Below are positions 8,312-17,550 of a stretch of DNA of 64,000 nt, in pieces (position 1 is the first letter of the stretch; each line of letters begins with the position of its first letter). The notes under the pieces are model-generated. The model was not told where the DNA came from, ran no database searches, and was given only the letters and a program-made list of their open reading frames with translations. The position numbers and the translations under genes were made by a program. Source of the stretch: an uncultured bacterium (GTDB lineage Bacteria; Krumholzibacteriota; Krumholzibacteriia; LZORAL124-64-63); the NCBI GenBank assembly GCA_963732385.1, contig CAVSZB010000007.1:768001-832000 (forward strand), in the 5' to 3' direction.

Positions 8312-10714
8312 CTTGAAAAGCTAATTCCCAGTCCTGTCGACGTCCTGTCGATTACGAGCCAGAACGTCGCCACGCTCGCGGCGATCGCGGCGATGTCCTT
8401 CAGGGTGCCGATCGTGTGGTCCTCATGCTGCGGCTTTCGCCGGGACGACGATGGTGCTGCCGGCCAGGACTTTGGGGTCGCGCCAGATCCTTTTGATCGG
8501 GCGGGAGAGGCCGTTGGGGTAGACGATGCGGGTCTTCCATTTGTCGGCGCCTTCGGCGTAGCCGCCGGCGGAGTCGATGTAGCTGCCGAGGCTTTGGCCG
8601 TGGCGGAAGACCAGGCTGGTGGGGAAGCCGATGGCGCCGGTGATCTTTACGGTTTCCTGGACTTCGGGGATCAGGAGTTCGTCGCCGGGGCGGAGGGTGA
8701 GGTCGTTGATGGAGCCCGGTTTGGTGAGGGCTTTTTCGAGGTCGATGGCGACGTTGCCGACGGCGTCGCTGGCGCGCTGGAGGCGGGCGGCGGGGAGGAA
8801 CGAAGTCTCCTTGAGGCCGCCGGCGCGGGCGACCAGTTCGCTGAGGCGTTCGTCGGGGCGCAGGAGGCTGTAGGCGCCGGGGTAGATGACCTCGCCGCGG
8901 ATGGTCACCACGCGCTGGAGTTCCCACCACGGGAGGCGGCGCACGGCGACGCGGTCGCGCGGCTGGAGGACGAACGGTTCGCCGGTGGCGAGGTAGTCGG
9001 GGCCGATGGTCACCTCGAACACGTCGACCACGTTGCCCGCGGGGGCGGCGGGGTCGCGACTGTCGAGCTGGTCGAGGCGCAGGCGTGACACTTCGGCTTT
9101 CAGCGGGTCGGCGGAGTCTTTCAGGCCGCCGGCTTTGAGCAGCAGGTCGCGCAGGGTCATGGCGGCGCGGTATTCGAAATCGCCGGGGCTGCGCACCTCG
9201 CCGGTGATCGACACCTGGTAGCGGTCGCGCACGTCCCAGATCGAGAAGATGCGCAGGCGGTCGCGCGGCTGGAGCGGCACCAGGGGGGCGCGGCCCGACA
9301 GGACCTCGCCGAGCGGGAGGCTCACCTGCTGGGCGGTGCCGTCGGCGGCGAGGCGCTCGATCAGGGCGCGGTCCTCCAGGGTGTCGGCCCAGGGGCCGCC
9401 GGCGTCGGCGACCAGGGCGGCCACGTCGAGGCCGTCGCGCCATTCGTAGCGGCCGGGGCGTTTCACGTTGCCGGCGATCTCGACCCAGTTCTCGAGGCGG
9501 TCGGGGATGCCGCCCACGGCGATCGTGTCGCCGTCGCGCAGCGTCGCGTCGACGCCGGGCGCGGGGCGGCCGGTGGCGGGGTCGAGCGGGATGTCGGTGG
9601 TCACGCGGTCGGGGGTCTGCGGGCGGCGCTCGGCGGGCGGCACGATCCGCTCGAGGTGCACCCGGTCGGTGGCGGCGGTGCCGAGCAGGCCGCCGCCGAA
9701 GCGCAGCAGGTCGGGCAGCCCCTCCCCCGGACTCAGTTCGAAGGTCAGCGGGCGGCGTACGGCGCCGCGCAGGCTGACCGTGGTGCCGCGCGGCGGGATG
9801 AACACCGTGTCCCCTTCGCGCAGGATGGCGTCCCCCTCGCGCCGGCCCTCGAGCAGGTAACCGTAGAGATCGAGCGAGCCGACCAGTTCGCGGCCGCGCA
9901 GCAGACGCACGTCGCGCCAGGAGCCGGCGACGGCGGGGCCGCCGGCGGCGTAGAGCGCGGTGAAGACCGTCGACACGCCGCTCAGGTCGTAGGCGCCGGG
10001 CTGGACGGCGTCCCCCACGACGAACACGCGGATCGGGCGCAGGCTGCCCAGCGACACCCGCACGAACGTCGTGCCCGAATTGATGCCGGAATAGCTGCGG
10101 CCGAGCGCCTCGCTCACCGCCTCGCTGACCTGCGCCAGCGTGCGGTTCCAGCAGGTGATGCGGCCCCCCTTGGGCAGGATGATCGTGCCGTCACGGTCGA
10201 CCAGCCGCTCGATGCGCAGCTCGACCTCGCCCCAGACATCGACCACGACCTGGTCGCCGGACCCGAGGAGATAGTCCTCCGGCACGGGGCCGAAACCGGC
10301 GGGGCTGAAGACGCCGGGATCGAGGCGGAAGAAGTCGGCGCCGAAGAAGCCCTCGCGCGCGTCGAGCGCCGCCTTGACGTCCGCTTCGCGGGCGCGCTCG
10401 GCGGCGGTCGGCGGGCCGGAGTCGGCGCCCGGCAACACGACGACCGGCGCCCCGACCGGCAGGGCGGTCGTGCCCGGAGGCGCCACCGTCTCGGGCGAGG
10501 CGGTCGTGGCTGCGGGCGCTCCGTTCTCGCGCGCGAGGCGCAGCAGTTCCTCGCGGCTCAAACCGCTGCGGCGCGCCGCCTCGTCGAGCAGGGCGGGCGG
10601 CAGCTCCTGGGCCAGGGCACGGCCCGCCGGCGCCAAAGAGACCGGCAGCAGCAGGGCGGCGAAAATCCATAGGATGGCAGCGCGCGCGCGGCGCGAGACA
10701 TATCTCCGGGACAA
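8308..10714 (-). CDS. SLBB-repeat polysaccharide export protein (Wza/KpsD-like); C-terminal helix displaced by an apparent +1 frameshift at 8435-8437
   Basis: Signal peptide, poly-export domain (YLLGSGDQVVVDVWG), repeated GxVxxPGxY SLBB units. As sequenced it stops at 8423. Removing one A gives KPQHEDHTIGTLKDIAAIAASVATFWLVIDRT...SR* ending at 8308. Confidence 0.85.
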
Positions 10715-10744
10715 GCGGGCCCTCCTTGGCCGAGAGTGGAGTCG

Positions 10745-10773
10745 TTCATAGCACAGGGGTGGCAGACTGCCAA
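10745..10773 (-). promoter_or_regulatory. Sigma70-like promoter for the polysaccharide operon
   Basis: TTGGCA-17-TATGAA with extended -10 TG. Confidence 0.45.
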
Positions 10774-10831
10774 GCGGGAAACCGGGAGTTGCGGCGGAGG
10801 CGACCAGGCGCGACAGACCCCACGAACCGGG

Positions 10832-10864
10832 AAATGAGAACGGGAGCCGGAGATCGGCTCCCGT
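10832..10864 (-). terminator. Hairpin terminator after the lipoprotein gene
   Basis: ACGGGAGCCG-N5-CGGCTCCCGT perfect 10-bp stem followed by TCTCATTT on the minus strand. Confidence 0.55.
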
Positions 10865-10886
10865 CAGGAAAGTGCGAGACCGGGCC

Positions 10887-11687
10887 CTACTCGCCGTCCT
10901 CGGCCAGGATCACGTTGTCGGCGCCCAGCTCCCACTGCTGGAACATGAAGTAATAGTCGGGATCCCCGAAGAAGAAGGTCACCTGGGTGACATCCTGGAT
11001 CAGGAGATTCCAGTCGGCGTCGTGGTCGCCACTGCCCCGCCCCAGGCGCACCACCCAGTCTTCGGGCAACGTCTCGGAGGCGTAGGGGATGTCGAACCAG
11101 TAGCTCTTGAAGCGGCCATTGTTGTTGGGAATGTTGTGCTTGCCCACATAGGTGATCTGCAGGTCGTCGTTCGGGTCCGTCGGCGTGCCCGGATCATGAC
11201 TCAGGATCAGGCTGAGGGGGCGACCCAGGGTGGTCAGGATCTCCGGTCCGTACACGGCCAGATCCACCCCCAGGGTCCGGACTCCGCGGGCCCGGTAGTT
11301 CCCGGTGAACCGGGAGGTCCTGCCGAGCTGCGTCCGGAATTGGGGCGCGTAGGTGTCCAGGCAGGCCAGGCCGTCGCAGGGGGAGTGCAGAAAAGCCCCG
11401 GGGTTGCCGCCTGCGGTTTCGATGATTTCCCGTGAAACATCCGCGTTGCCGTAGAAGCTCCAGTTCCCTTCGATCTCGGGTTCGTCGAAGGTCACCACAA
11501 AGGTGGGAAATACGTGCGAGTCTCCGCCGGGATCCTGCGGGGCAAGATTCTTCTCCGGGGACAGGGAACCCGGGTTGTCCACCCTGGATACATCGGGGGC
11601 CACGGACCGATCATCCGAGCACCCGGGGACCAGAAAAGCCAGGACCCCAAGCAGGGAAATGCATGCCGCGCCTTTGAGCAATTTCAT
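10887..11687 (-). CDS. Lipoprotein with probable beta-sandwich (laminin-B-like) domain
   Basis: Lipobox-like FLVPG-C; GGNPGAFL...APQF...FTGNY...GADNV pattern; GAGG RBS. Confidence 0.65.
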   Translation of the reverse strand: MKLLKGAACISLLGVLAFLVPGCSDDRSVAPDVSRVDNPGSLSPEKNLAPQDPGGDSHVFPTFVVTFDEPEIEGNWSFYGNADVSREIIETAGGNPGAFLHSPCDGLACLDTYAPQFRTQLGRTSRFTGNYRARGVRTLGVDLAVYGPEILTTLGRPLSLILSHDPGTPTDPNDDLQITYVGKHNIPNNNGRFKSYWFDIPYASETLPEDWVVRLGRGSGDHDADWNLLIQDVTQVTFFFGDPDYYFMFQQWELGADNVILAEDGE

Positions 11688-11823
11688 GGCGGAACCTCAA
11701 TAAATCAGCGGAGAAAATCTAATCCGATCTACGGATCGCTGGCGAGAAATTGAGCTTATCAGAGAAGTCCCGAAGAGGCAACAAATTCAGGAATATCGGC
11801 GGTTCTCCAGCATTTTCGTGCCT

Positions 11824-13254
11824 TCAGCGCCGTCGCGCCAGCGCCGCCGTCACCAGTTCGTTGGCGAGCGCGGGATTGGCCCGACCGCTGGTCGCCTTCA
11901 TCAGTTCGCCGACGAAGAAGCCGAACAGCTTCGTGCGGCCGCCGAGGTAGGCGGCCACCTGCTCCGGATGGGCGTCGAGCACGGCGGCGACGATGGCGCC
12001 GAGCGCGCCGGCATCGCTCTGCTGGCGCAGCCCCTGGCGATCGACGATGGCGGCGGCGGACTCGCCGGTCTCCACCATCTCCGCGAAGACCTCCTTGGCG
12101 ATCCGGCCGCTGAGGGTGCCGTCGCGCACCAGCGCCAGCAGGGCGGCCAGGGCGGGCGGGGCGACCGGAAAGTCGGCGAGGGCGAGGCCGCGTTCGTGGA
12201 GCGCTCCGAGCACCTCGGTCAGGATCCAGTTGCCGGCCGCGCGGCCGTCGCCCAGGGCGCCGGCGGTCGCTTCGAAGTAGTCGGCCAGCGGGCGGGTGTC
12301 GGCCAGGCGCGCCGCGTCGGCGGGCGGCAGGTCGTACTGCGCGACCAGACGCGCCTCCTTCGCGTGGGGCAGCTCCGGCAGCGTGGCGTTCACCGCCGCC
12401 AGTTCCTCCTCGGTCACGACCAGCGGCGGCAGGTCGGGCTCGGAAAAGTAGCGGTAGTCGTGCGCCTCCTCCTTCGAGCGCATGAAGACGGTGCGGCCGG
12501 CCGCGGCGTCCCACGCGTACGTCGCCTGGACGACGCGCCCGCCACCGGCGAGGATGGCCCCCTGCCGGTCGATCTCGTGGTCGAGCGCCTTCCAGACGCC
12601 GCGCAGCGTGTTCAGGTTCTTGATCTCGGTCCGCGTGCCGAGCGCCGTGGCGCCGCGCGGCCGCAGCGAGATGTTCGCGTCGCAGCGCAGGCTCCCCTCC
12701 TCCAGGTTGCCGTCGCAGATCTCCAGGTAGACCAGCAACTGCCGCAGGCGCGTCAGATAGGCGTGGGCCTCCTCGCCGCTGCGCAGTTCCGGGCGCGAGA
12801 CGATCTCGAGCAGCGGCACGCCGGCGCGGTTGAGGTCGAGGCGCGTGTTGCCGCTGCCGTGGATCGACTTGCCGGCGTCCTCCTCGAGATGGATGCGCTC
12901 GAGGCCGATCGCTCGCGCGCCGGCGCCGACACGGATCTCGAGTCGGCCGTCGGCGCAGATCGGCAGGTCGTACTGCGTGATCTGATAGCCCTTAGGCAGG
13001 TCGGGATAGAAGTAGTGCTTGCGCGCGAAGACCGAACGGCGCGCGATCGTCGACTCCGTGGCCAGGCCGAGGCGCAGGGCGAACGTCACGGCCCGTGCGT
13101 TGACCACCGGCAGCACACCCGGCAGGCCGAGGCAGACCGGACAGGTCTGACTGTTGGGGCCGGCGCCGTAGTCGGCGCGGCAGCCGCAGAACAGCTTCGT
13201 GGCCGTTCGCAGCTGCGCGTGGACCTCGAGGCCGATTACCGCGGCGAATTCCAC
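11824..13254 (-). CDS. gatB: Asp/Glu-tRNA amidotransferase subunit B
   Basis: VIGLEVHAQL, YFYPDLPKGYQITQ, DLNRAGVPLLEIV, SLRCDANIS, DYRYFSEPDLPP. Confidence 0.98.
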   Translation of the reverse strand: MEFAAVIGLEVHAQLRTATKLFCGCRADYGAGPNSQTCPVCLGLPGVLPVVNARAVTFALRLGLATESTIARRSVFARKHYFYPDLPKGYQITQYDLPICADGRLEIRVGAGARAIGLERIHLEEDAGKSIHGSGNTRLDLNRAGVPLLEIVSRPELRSGEEAHAYLTRLRQLLVYLEICDGNLEEGSLRCDANISLRPRGATALGTRTEIKNLNTLRGVWKALDHEIDRQGAILAGGGRVVQATYAWDAAAGRTVFMRSKEEAHDYRYFSEPDLPPLVVTEEELAAVNATLPELPHAKEARLVAQYDLPPADAARLADTRPLADYFEATAGALGDGRAAGNWILTEVLGALHERGLALADFPVAPPALAALLALVRDGTLSGRIAKEVFAEMVETGESAAAIVDRQGLRQQSDAGALGAIVAAVLDAHPEQVAAYLGGRTKLFGFFVGELMKATSGRANPALANELVTAALARRR

Positions 13255-14765
13255 AGCGCCTCCTTCCGGGTCCGGAAGCCGCGCGCGCGCTCCACTTCGG
13301 CCGCCAGCGTGAACAGCCGCTCCTCGGCGAGCGCCGGCGCGATCAGCTGCAGCGAGAGCGGCAGGCCGTCACGGTCGAGGCCGGTCGGAACGCTGATCGC
13401 CGGCAGGCCGGTCAGGTTGGCCGGGACGGTGAAAACATCGCTCAGGTACATCTGCAGCGGATCGTCCAGGCGGGCGCCGAGCGGGAAGGCGGCGGTGGGC
13501 GCGGTCGGCAGGGCGATGGCGTCGCAGGCGACGAACGCATGCGCGAAATCGGCGCGCATCAGCGCGCGCGCCGCGACCGCCTTGCGGTAATAGGCGTCGT
13601 AGTAGCCGGCCGACAGCACGTAGGTCCCCAGCAGGATGCGGAGCTTCACCTCGTCGCCGAAACCGGCGGTGCGGGTGGCGGCGTACAGGTCGGCCAGCCG
13701 GTCGGCCTCGACGCGGGCGCCGTAGCGCACGCCGTCGTAGCGCGCCAGGTTCGACGACGCCTCGGCGGTGCTGATGATGCAGTAGGTGGCCAGGGCGTAC
13801 GGCACGGTCGGCAGCGCGACCTCCACCACCGCCACCCCCGCGCCGCGCAGGTCGTCGAGCGTCGAGCGGAAGTCGGCCGCCACGTCCGGATCGAGCCCTG
13901 CCGCGAGCAGCGACCACGGCACCCCCACCGTCAGGCCGCGCCCCGACCGTTCCAGCGCGCCGCACGGATCGCCCACCGGCGCGTCGAGGCAGGTCGCGTC
14001 GCGCCGATCGGGGCCGGCCAGCGTCGCGTAGACCAGCGCGCCGTCGGCCACGTCCTTGGTGAGCGGGCCGATCTGGTCGAGCGACGATGCGAAGGCCACC
14101 AGGCCGTGGCGCGACACGCGGCCGTACGTCGGCTTCAGCCCCACCACGCCGCAGCAGTGGGCCGGCTGGCGCACGCTGCCGCCGGTGTCGCTGCCGAGCG
14201 CGAAGAACGCGAGGTCGGCCGCCACGGCGGCCGCCGATCCGCCGCTCGAGCCGCCCGGGATTCGATCGACGTGCCACGGGTTGCGGGTCGGCCCTCCGGC
14301 CGCGTGCTCGGTCGAGGAGCCCATGGCGAACTCGTCCAGGTTGGTCTTGCCGAGGAAGTGCGCCCCGGCCGCGCGCAGCCGCTCCACCACCGCGGCCTCG
14401 TAAGGCGATCGGTAAGGCGCCAGCAGGCGCGAGCCGCAGTCGGACGGCTGGCCGCGGCTGACCAGATTCGCCTTCAGCGCCCCGGGGATCCCCCACAGCG
14501 GCGCCACCGCGACCGGCGGCGGCGTCCCGGTGGCCGGCGCCTCGGGCGCGTGCGGCGCGCGCGGGTCGGCGACGGCCCGGTCGGCCGCGGCGCGGGCCGT
14601 CGCCGCGTCGGGCGCCCCCTCGGCCAGCCAGCTGTAGCAGTGCAGCCGGCCGTCGCGCGCGGCGATGGCGGCCCGCACGTCGGCATCGAGCTCGGCCGGC
14701 GTGAAGTCGCCGGCCCGCAGCCGGCGCGCCGCCTCGCCGATCGTCAGCCGGTGCAGCTCACCCAT
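13236..14765 (-). CDS. gatA: Asp/Glu-tRNA amidotransferase subunit A
   Basis: GKTNLDEFAMGSS, PGGSSGGSAAAVAA, GSDTGGSVRQPA, SSNLARYDGVRYG. Confidence 0.97.
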   Translation of the reverse strand: MGELHRLTIGEAARRLRAGDFTPAELDADVRAAIAARDGRLHCYSWLAEGAPDAATARAAADRAVADPRAPHAPEAPATGTPPPVAVAPLWGIPGALKANLVSRGQPSDCGSRLLAPYRSPYEAAVVERLRAAGAHFLGKTNLDEFAMGSSTEHAAGGPTRNPWHVDRIPGGSSGGSAAAVAADLAFFALGSDTGGSVRQPAHCCGVVGLKPTYGRVSRHGLVAFASSLDQIGPLTKDVADGALVYATLAGPDRRDATCLDAPVGDPCGALERSGRGLTVGVPWSLLAAGLDPDVAADFRSTLDDLRGAGVAVVEVALPTVPYALATYCIISTAEASSNLARYDGVRYGARVEADRLADLYAATRTAGFGDEVKLRILLGTYVLSAGYYDAYYRKAVAARALMRADFAHAFVACDAIALPTAPTAAFPLGARLDDPLQMYLSDVFTVPANLTGLPAISVPTGLDRDGLPLSLQLIAPALAEERLFTLAAEVERARGFRTRKEALWNSPR

Positions 14766-15093
14766 CGTTCCCCCCCAGGACCGGCGGCACCATGAAGAGG
14801 CCCCGCTCGGCCGCGGGCGAGAGCGCCGTCGCCTCGGTCACGGTCAGCGACGGGAGCGGATCGTCGGCGCGGCGCGGCGCGGCGCCGCTGCCGGCCGCCG
14901 CATCCGGGGCCAGGCCCGGCGTCGCGCCCGACGTCGCGCCCGACGTCGCGCCCGACGTGTCGAGTTCGCGCAACTGTTCCACGTAGGCCACCACCCGGGC
15001 GAGCCGGACGGCCAGGCGCTGCCGCTCGTCGTCGTCCAGACGCAGGGCGGCCAGCTGCTCGAGGTGACGCACCACGGTTTCGTCGATCGCCAT
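14758..15093 (-). CDS. gatC: Asp/Glu-tRNA amidotransferase subunit C
   Basis: MAIDETVVRHLEQLAALRL...YVEQLRELDT...FMVPPVL; lies upstream of gatA. Confidence 0.9.
   Translation of the reverse strand: MAIDETVVRHLEQLAALRLDDDERQRLAVRLARVVAYVEQLRELDTSGATSGATSGATPGLAPDAAAGSGAAPRRADDPLPSLTVTEATALSPAAERGLFMVPPVLGGNDG
14920..14958. repeat. 12-bp tandem repeat x3 within gatC (encodes TSGA repeats)
   Basis: CGTCGCGCCCGA at 14920, 14932 and 14944. Confidence 0.9.
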
Positions 15094-15203
15094 CGGCCTC
15101 TCCTTGCCCGGCTCCCGCCGCCGCGCGCCATAGTCTGGCGGTTTCGGGGCGAGTCCGCCACCCACAAGTGCGCTATATTCAGGGGAACGGAAAGGGGCGG
15201 CAC

Positions 15204-17318
15204 GTGCGACGGACGGGAGACTCCCCGATCAGGCCGACGGCGGCGACGACGGTCACGCGGCCCACGGCAGCCGCCCTCATTGCGGCGTGGGTGATCCTGG
15301 GGCTCCGGGCGCCCGGCGTTTCGGCAACGACGACCTTCGTCCCGTTCACCGATCCCGCCGTGTGGGAAAAACCGCCGGCCGCGCTCCTCGAGACCGCTCC
15401 CGACGCGGCCCTCACCGCGCTCCTGTCCACGGGCGACCTGCCCGAGACCGGCTCACGCGGCTACGATGTGCTCGACTACGATCTCGATCTGATCCTCGAC
15501 GTGGGCGCGCGCCGCGTGCGCGGCGTGGTGGCGATCACGCTGCGCGCCGCGGGCGGCGACCTCGACACCACCCGGCTCGACCTGCACCCCGACCTGGCGG
15601 TCGACAGCCTGTCCTGGAACGACGTGCCGTCACCATTTCTCCGCGACGGGGCGCGGCTGCTGGCCCCCCTGCCGACGACGCTGGCCGACGGCGACACGGG
15701 GATCCTGCGCATCGTCTACGGCGGCGCGCCGCCGCAGGGAGTGCCGCCATTGAACGCGGGGCTGATGTTCCGTCGCCACGGCGATGAAACGCCCGACCTG
15801 TCCGACGACGCGCCGATCGTGACGAACGTCAGCGAACCGGCCACCGCGCACACCTGGTGGCCGTGCAAGGACGACCCGTCCGACAAGGCCACCGCCACCA
15901 TCGCCGTGACCGTCCCCGACTCGCTGTCGGTGGTGTCGAACGGGGCCCTGGTGGCCGAGACCACCCCGGCGCCCGGCCGGCTCCGGTCGGTCTGGCGCGA
16001 GCGGCACCCCATCGCCACCTACCTGGTTTCGATCGCCGTCTCCAACTACGTGCGCTGGACCGAATCCTGTCCCGGCGCCGCCGGCGAGGTGCCGCTCTCC
16101 TACCACGTCTTCCCGCAGGACGAGGCGGGCGCGCGGATCGCCTTCGCGCCGACCTGCGAGATGCTGCGCTTCCTCGAAGAACTTGCCGGACCGTACCCGT
16201 TCGCGGACGAGAAGTACGCGCAGGCCGGCATCCGCTGGGGCGGCGCGATGGAGAACCAGACCGCCACCAGCCTCGGCCAGTTCGTGTTCGCGGGCGACGG
16301 CCACCCCAGCGTTGTCCTGCACGAACTCGCCCACCAGTGGTTCGGCAACCTGGTCACGCCTGCGCGCTGGTCGGACATCTGGCTGAACGAGGGCTTCGCC
16401 CGCTACGCGGAGGCGCTCTGGATCGAACGCACACGGGGCCGGGCCGCCTATTTCGCCGAGATGCAGCGCCTGGGGCCGCAGCGCCACCCCGAGCTGTTCA
16501 CGACGAACGGCATCCTGACCGACCCCGCCCCGATCCTGCCCAACCTGCTGGTCTACGACAAGGGGGCGTGGGTCCTGCACCTGCTGCGCTGGCAGATGGG
16601 CGACGCGCCGTTCTTCCGCTTCGTGCACGCCTGGACCACCGACCCCGCGCGGGCCTACGGCAACGCCGTCACCGCCGACCTCGTCGCCGCCGCCTCGACC
16701 ATCGCCGGCACGGATCTCGCCGCGTTCCTCACCCCCTGGCTCGACACCGCCGCGGTGCCGGAACTGGCGTGGCAGGCCACCGCGCAACCGCTCGCGGGCG
16801 GTCGCACCCTGCTCACGCTCCGGCTCGCGCAGCGCCAGGCGACCCTGTTCACCCTGGACGTCCCGCTGCGCGTCCTCACCGACGCCGGCCCACGCGACCT
16901 GCGCGCCCCCCTGCGCGGCCGCGGCGGCGTGTACACCTGGACGCTCGACGGCCGCGTCGCCGATCCCCGGCGCGACCTGGTCATCGACCCCGAAGGCTGG
17001 CTGCTCTGGCGTGCCGCCGACGGTCCGGCGTTCGTCCCCGCGGTCGCCATCCTGGGTCAGACCCCCAGCCCCGCCCGGTCCGACGGCGCCGAGTTCACTT
17101 TCACCCTGCGCGCCCCGGGCCGCGTCACCGCACGGCTCTTCGACGCGCGCGGCCGCCGCGTCGGCGCCTGGGACCTGGGCGACCACCCGGCCGATTCCTC
17201 CCGCTGGACCTGGCCGGGTCTGGACGCCGCCGGCCGGCCGCTCCCCGCGGCCGTCTACTGGCTGGAGCTGGCAACCGACGACGGGCGCGCCACGCGGAAA
17301 GTGACGGTTCTGCGGTAG
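15204..17318 (+). CDS. Secreted M1-family aminopeptidase with C-terminal FlgD-Ig/T9SS-like domain
   Basis: GAMEN, HELAHQWFG...WLNEGFA, YDKGAWVLH; C-terminus FDARGRRV...WPGLDAAGRPLPAAVYW...KVTVLR. Start uncertain. Confidence 0.92.
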   Translation: MRRTGDSPIRPTAATTVTRPTAAALIAAWVILGLRAPGVSATTTFVPFTDPAVWEKPPAALLETAPDAALTALLSTGDLPETGSRGYDVLDYDLDLILDVGARRVRGVVAITLRAAGGDLDTTRLDLHPDLAVDSLSWNDVPSPFLRDGARLLAPLPTTLADGDTGILRIVYGGAPPQGVPPLNAGLMFRRHGDETPDLSDDAPIVTNVSEPATAHTWWPCKDDPSDKATATIAVTVPDSLSVVSNGALVAETTPAPGRLRSVWRERHPIATYLVSIAVSNYVRWTESCPGAAGEVPLSYHVFPQDEAGARIAFAPTCEMLRFLEELAGPYPFADEKYAQAGIRWGGAMENQTATSLGQFVFAGDGHPSVVLHELAHQWFGNLVTPARWSDIWLNEGFARYAEALWIERTRGRAAYFAEMQRLGPQRHPELFTTNGILTDPAPILPNLLVYDKGAWVLHLLRWQMGDAPFFRFVHAWTTDPARAYGNAVTADLVAAASTIAGTDLAAFLTPWLDTAAVPELAWQATAQPLAGGRTLLTLRLAQRQATLFTLDVPLRVLTDAGPRDLRAPLRGRGGVYTWTLDGRVADPRRDLVIDPEGWLLWRAADGPAFVPAVAILGQTPSPARSDGAEFTFTLRAPGRVTARLFDARGRRVGAWDLGDHPADSSRWTWPGLDAAGRPLPAAVYWLELATDDGRATRKVTVLR

Positions 17319-17457
17319 CCGGGCGCCGTTGCGCAGCGCGCCCGTTGCCCGGGGCCGTTCGTCCTGTCGGTCAGCCGCGATAGCGAAACTACAGTTTTGA
17401 TGTATTATGTGCAGCCGGCTGCTGACGGAAGCGCAAAATTAAGACGAAACTATTTCC

Positions 17458-17486
17458 TTGCGCGAGGCGGTTCTTTCGTCTATATT
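17458..17486 (+). promoter_or_regulatory. Sigma70-like promoter of the HNH gene
   Basis: TTGCGC-17-TATATT within an AT-richer intergenic region. Confidence 0.55.
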
Positions 17487-17550
17487 TCGCCTTCCTCCTT
17501 AAGGTCCTCCCGCCCCTTCGCCCCCGAAGCCAGGCACGAGAGGACCGGAC

